Positions 58,333-64,000 of a stretch of 64,000 bases of DNA are shown here, piece by piece. Position 1 is the stretch's first letter. Every line of letters begins with the position of its first letter. Location: contig NC_134031.1 of NCBI RefSeq assembly GCF_964204645.1, positions 4,712,001 through 4,776,000 on the forward strand, written 5' to 3'. The position numbers were made by a program, and so were the translations under genes. The stretch comes from Tubulanus polymorphus. Lineage: Eukaryota; Animalia; Nemertea. The notes under the pieces were generated by a model. The model had not been told where the DNA came from and did not search any database. It was given only the letters and a program-made list of their open reading frames with translations.

Positions 58333-61149
58333 GCCTTTAATGAAAAAAACGTACACGTTAATTCTGACCACATCAACAGGAACAAAGAACGACGTCGCCC
58401 TTGGAAATTGACATATGACACATCCTCTGTTTACAAGGAAATGAAACGAAATTGTAATGAAAGAGAATTAATGGTAATTTCCGAAGTATTTCATTTATTC
58501 AAGATTCCAGATCACTTTGTCTCATCAGGTCCACCATTGATATTGTGATATATTGAAGAATTTCATATGATATGAAATGAAACGATGATATAAGCTTCAG
58601 TCAGGATTTATTATTGGATGAACTTTAACGTTCGTCGAACATATGGATATTTTTGGCTTTGCCTGTAATAAACTCGTTGATTGTAAAATTAATTTCATTC
58701 TTAGTTTTATTCATGATGGACTCTAGATAGTCCACAAAGATTCTATCGTAGTTTGTATATCAACGCAATCTGCATTCAATTAGCTGCGTTGAAGACTTTT
58801 TCACGTGCAATACTTTGGAAAAATAATTGGGGAAAACAACAAACTCGAGGTATCAGAAATTCTATCACAAAAAACTTATCGTCCAGTGTTTGAAGGGGTA
58901 CCAGGCATCAGATTGAAAGGCTCCGAGTGCTTAGCACGTGTTTCTTCTACAGTGTTTGTAAATATGATACTCGCTTCCCTGTGCATACTATCAATCATAA
59001 ATCGGTCAAACTTTAACTATCAGAAGATTATCCACAAAAGTTGTACCATGCCGGATCGAAATTGAATACCCTGTGTTTTTATAAGGCGTAAAAATAGAAT
59101 TATCCAAGAAGTATACCTGTGCGGATGGAATAAATGCGCCCTTCGTATAGACTGGTTGCCTTGAAGATAGAGACTGGTAACCAGTCTACCCTTAGTATAA
59201 AAGCGTACAGCAGACGTACATGGGCTGAATGTATAGTTGTGGTCACTGTTGCGCGAAATACGAACTAGACTTCAGACACACGGGCCACGACGCCGTGCCG
59301 AGCCGATCGTTCTTCGAATCAATCATCAAAACCTTACCTCTAAATGTTTACTACGAATGCGACATGGCCCGATGGTATTGAAAAGTTGAATCCCATGGAA
59401 CATCTATGAAAGTAAGCATGATTCTCGAATTTCGTCAAAACTAGAAATTATCATAATGAGATAAAATGTGTACATTGTATCAGTTTTGAGTTTGTTACTT
59501 GCTGTTCATTACACCAATCTCAAATTCTCAAACTCTTTAGGCAAAAACTGTGTTCAATTGTTCTTTTTTGAATTGATATATCTAATCTATCCCCAGAAAT
59601 ATTCAACATCAAATGTGTTCATCCATATTTAAAGCCTGTGTTTCATGGGTTTCATTCAATAGTGAAATTCGCTGTAAGATTCATGCAAATAACTATTATG
59701 TAGTATTGATTCAAGATGTTTCGAAGATATCATAATGTATAACTGTGGATAGCAACATTTCTTAAAATCTATTTGATTTTGTTCTGTGCACAGGTTCGCT
59801 GACTTCATGTGACATTACATGCTTCAATGAACTTCTATGAACTCAATGACGCGACCTTGAGGACATTGTTTGACAATAGCTAGAATGTTTCCAACTGAAC
59901 CACTGGTCCACACACAGAACTACATAACTGTATAATGTTTCAAAACTGATCCAATATGGTGAGTATAAACCATTTATATTTTTTTTGCAGTTTAAGGTAA
60001 TTAATTCTATCCTCCCTGGTTTTCATTTCTAAACTGATAGTATGAAAAGAACATAAGCCTTTTTGATAAGTCAAATAAGAAGCCCTCATGTGTACATTTA
60101 GGAACAAGCGCATTGAAGCGTTTTATCTCGGGTCATTCATAAACAAGTGATGGACTTTACCATTTATGCAGTTTGTGAAAGAATTTTAAAGGCATTTGAA
60201 GCATTGATATTTCTAATCAGAACCAGCAAGTTGATCTGATGAACATTTGTATTGTGGCCAGAAAAAACATTTGAAGTATTTAAAAGCAACGTGTATTGTT
60301 ATTAGTTATTACATATATAGCTTTTACTGTTTGAGTTGATGCATTTTGAAACGTTAACACAGAAAATTGGTACATGATACATTTAATCTTTCTTAGAATG
60401 ATATATTTATCTATCTTTTCACTGAAGGTATTTTGAATCTTTTTTCGCTGTAATTCTAAACATATTTCTTCATTTGGATTTTTTTCAATAATCATGATAT
60501 AACACACAAGCAACTAGATCAACATAATTTTTCGATATCGAGTATTGAGACTTTATTTTATGTAAAATTTATATTTCTTTCTTTCACGCGCTTGTCTATT
60601 CAAGATGAGCTCATGCAGAAACATTCTAAAACATATTTCGAAATGGTTTCTTGTCATTTTAAGGAAGCTATTTAAATGCAAACTTTTATGGTTATATTTA
60701 GCCATGAGTAATGCAAAGCAATCACTTCATCAGGACGCAATGTACCTTGTTTTAGATAAGAAAAAAGAACATAGACCCTTAAAGACAAGTCCAATTACAC
60801 ATATAAATGCTTTCATAATGATGATAATTATAAAATGATTATAATAATAATAGCAATAGTATTAATAGCAATCACAATAGTAACAGTAATCATAATCGTT
60901 AAGACAAATTCATGTCGCTCGTCAATTTTGAAGAAAGCAAAACGTTTCTATATCACTGGACAATCGCATCAACGGTTCATGGAGTATATCGTGTAAAAGA
61001 TTTTTTTAGGATATTTGTAGCATTTAAATTCCTAATCATCATAGCAAGCAACTTGAATTGATGTATGTTCATTTTGTAGTTACCTGTACAATACTATACA
61101 CATTTGAAAAAAACATGTGCCATATCTTTAAATGGTGAAATCTTTTTTA

Positions 61150-64000
61150 GTTAATGAACAAAATGTGCACCTTTATGAGATGAAACCTCATTCCCTACTA
61201 AAAGATGAAATCTTAGACGAATAGCTACATGTTCGCAGTGAAATCTACAGTCACCTATGGTGAACATACAAAAATGGATCTGTTTTTGCGTTTCCTCTCC
61301 ATTTAAATGTTTTATCATCCTTTTCACTAATTTTTCGGCAGGTTTTGCAAGTCCCCTCTCTCTCTGCACTGTTTACAGCCCCGTTCAGATCATTCTGGTT
61401 TCAACCCAAGGATATTTATCAGGCCGTAATTGCTGAAACTTCAATTCTCGAAAATTTTCCGGTGATGATTCCAGAATTTAATACAATTTAGTGTAGGCAA
61501 TTACATCATTGGTTCATAGCATGACAGCACTCCCAGACTTCACAGACAAAATACGACACTATCAGCAATCATAATTCACTCATTTAAATTTGAAAAAAAA
61601 CAAATCGCGCCATTTTTAAGATGAAATCTCTGAAGATCGAATGACCAAAGTGCATCAAGACTACACAGTGTCAAGGTAGGTTTAAGTGCAAAAAATATGA
61701 GATCTTGGATGAATAACTACATCTCCTCATTATAATCTAGTGTCGTCAACTATGGCGACCACGAACATACATACAAAAAATGCATTTGTTTTTGGGTCTC
61801 CTCTCTCTCTTCTCTATGACTGATTTTTCAGCAGGTTTTGCAAGTCCCCTCTCTCTTTGCATTGTTTTAGGTCCAGGATCGTTCATTGGCTGGTTTCAGC
61901 CCAAAAAAAACTATATAATCATAATCGCTGATATTTAAAGGTGACAGCCCTCCCCAAAAAACCACACTACCAATAATCCTGCTTCACACATTTGATGAAG
62001 CCTCGCGCCATTTTAGTCGATGATATGTTATTGTATCCTTTAAAAATTTTGGGGAAAAAAACTCGCGCCATTTTTGAAGATGAAATCACTAAATAATAAC
62101 CATGCAAATTGTATCAAAACTACACACAGCGTCTTACATAATTTTGAATTGAATTGTACATTAGGGTTCTATCGCCTTTGATTCGCAGATAAAAGACCAC
62201 AGTGAAAGTACCCATACTCGATACATTTGATAAAAACAATAGCCATTTTATTAAATGAAAATCTACACCATTTGATTAGACAAAATCTCATGAATTACCG
62301 CAATACGTCGACATAACTACACAGTACCGATAAAAGGTACTTTACAGGTTTTAGATGACAGCACTCCCAAATCTCCCAAATTGAATTTTCATAGAATGCA
62401 GACAACATCAGAGCTGTATCGGGAATCTAACCCCACAGCCTGAAACCTTCACGGCCGCCAACCCGACTGCTGGCTTCAAGCCCGACTGTATGACGCTGAA
62501 CAGGAAATGTATCGGTCAGACAGGGTCAGTTGGTGGTTTCCTGGCCTTAGTTTGATGAATCTTGCCAGTGTGCTCCGCCGGTGCGAGCCAGATACTGGTC
62601 CAGGGTTCACACGGTTTTCATCGGTAGGTCTGGGGAGGGGGCCAGACAATCCAGCACGGGCCGCTGTCGGGAGGAGTCAGCTAAAGTTAGTGAAGGGCTG
62701 CAACATTTCTCAGAAAGTCATTACATTTGGACCCTTTTTACTGTTTAATTTGACTTATTTGAAGCATTTGCACAGAAAATCAGTTTCGAAATCAACATAT
62801 TTACTTACGATGATACGCTTTGAAAAGTATCATTCGGGATATTTTTGAACACATAATCTCTGATTAATTAGTTACGTTTTAGATTTTGGCAGACAACACT
62901 CAAACTTTACAGATAAATGTACAACTCAATCGCGCCATTTTTAAGATGAAATGTCACAGTGCATCATGACTACAGAACAGTAAGGTAGGTTTAAGCGAAA
63001 AGATGAAATCTAAGATGAATGACCACATACCCCCGGTGTAATCTACTGTCACCTATGGCGATTATCCATACAAAAATGGATTTGTTTTTTTGGTCACCTC
63101 ATCCTCTTTGACTGACTTTTCGGCAAGTTTTGCGTTGCAAGTCCCGTGGCCTATCTCTTGCACTTTTTTCAGTCCAGTTCAGGTCAGTTTGTTTTCAGCC
63201 CAAGGACATTTATCTGGTCATAATTGCAGAAACTTCAGTTAGTCCTCGAAAATTTTCCAGTGATGATTTCAGAGTTTAACACGATTTGGTGTAGGCAATT
63301 ACATCATCGGTTCATAGCATGACAGCACTCCCAGACTTCACAGACAAAATACAACACTATCAACAATCATAATTCACTCTCATCTAATTTTGAAAAAAAA
63401 ACAAATCGCGCCATTTTTAAGATGAAATCTCTGAAGATCGAATGACCAAAGTGCATCAAGACTACACAGTGTCAAGGTAGGTTTAAGTGCGAAAAATATG
63501 ACATCTTGGATGAATAACTACATCTCCTCATTATAATCTTGTGTCGTCAACTATGGCGACCACGAACATACATACAAAAAATGCATTTGTTTTTGGGTCT
63601 CCTCTCTCTCTTCTCTATGACTGATTTTTCAGCAGGTTTTGCAAGTCCCCTCTTTGCATTGTTTTAGGTCCAGGATCGTTCCTTGGCTGGTTTCAGCCCA
63701 AAAAAAACTATATAATCATAATTGCTGATATTTAAAGGTGACAGCCCTCCCTTAAAAACCACACTACCAGTAATCCTGCTTCACACATTTGATGAAGCCT
63801 CGCGCCATTTTAGTCGATGATATGTTATTGTATCCTTTAAAAATTTTGGAAAAAAAACTCGCGCCATTTTTGAAGATGAAATCACTAAATAATAACCATG
63901 CAAATTGTATCAAAACTACACACAGCGTCTTTCATAATTTTGAATTGAATTGTACATTAGGGTTCTATCGCCTTTGATTCGCAGATAAAAGACCACAGTG
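61150..64000. repeat. Complex tandem repeat, ~1796-bp period with diverged internal subunits, running off the window
   Basis: ~61370-62204 is nearly identical to ~63170-64000 (e.g. 62161 matches 63957). Related subunits occur at ~61200, 61605, 62928 and 63405. Confidence 0.9.
62411..62708 (+). ncRNA. Unidentified structured RNA candidate within the 1.8-kb repeat unit
   Basis: GC-rich island with nested 5'/3' pairings CAGCC/GGCTG, CTTCAC/GTGAAG, CCCGAC/GTCGGG and TGCTGG/CCAGCA, plus four internal hairpins whose mismatches read as G-U on the + strand. Confidence 0.45.

Noticed and set aside
59344-59409. WPDGIEKLNPMEHL* resembling the Tc1 WPxxSPDLNPIEHLW motif
   Set aside because: The ORF is only 21 codons with no other transposase motifs, so the match is probably chance.
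62427-62434. Telomerase RNA template (CTAACCCC)
   Set aside because: Only 7 nt match the TTAGGG complement, there is no realignment region, and I could not find the U-rich/A-rich pseudoknot or P6.1.
62411-62440. tRNA or vault RNA on the minus strand (GGGTTAGATTCCCG B-box-like)
   Set aside because: The invariant C of TTC is missing, the T-stem is mismatched, and there is no cloverleaf or TTTT terminator.

Overview
This is animal genomic DNA: AT-rich, with short GT-AG introns, and probably from an invertebrate. It holds six intron-split protein-coding genes: (1) the 3' part of an LRR/LRRCT protein with a long acidic repetitive tail (+); (2) the BAR-domain exons of an ACAP Arf-GAP (-); (3) PIK3R4/VPS15 (+); (4) UBAC1/KPC2 (-); (5) PSMB7 (-); (6) UBE4B/Ufd2 (+). 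ACAP/PIK3R4 and PSMB7/UBE4B are head-to-head pairs. Introns are full of MITEs and LINE/SINE remnants. Four non-genic signals stand out. (a) Several families of short fold-back, Penelope-like non-autonomous insertions carry minimal hammerhead-ribozyme cores; three insertions have clear target-site duplications, and three intact cores lie between the PSMB7 and UBE4B start codons. (b) A 3.6-kb element bounded by 60-bp inverted repeats and carrying a 13-copy 191-bp satellite sits between ACAP and PIK3R4. (c) A ~1.8-kb tandem repeat at the right edge contains an unidentified ~290-nt GC-rich segment that folds like a structured RNA. (d) The ACAP gene stops after its BAR domain, so the LRR gene is either nested antisense in an ACAP intron or ACAP is BAR-only here. 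Everything was read by eye without alignment or folding tools; repeat boundaries are approximate.
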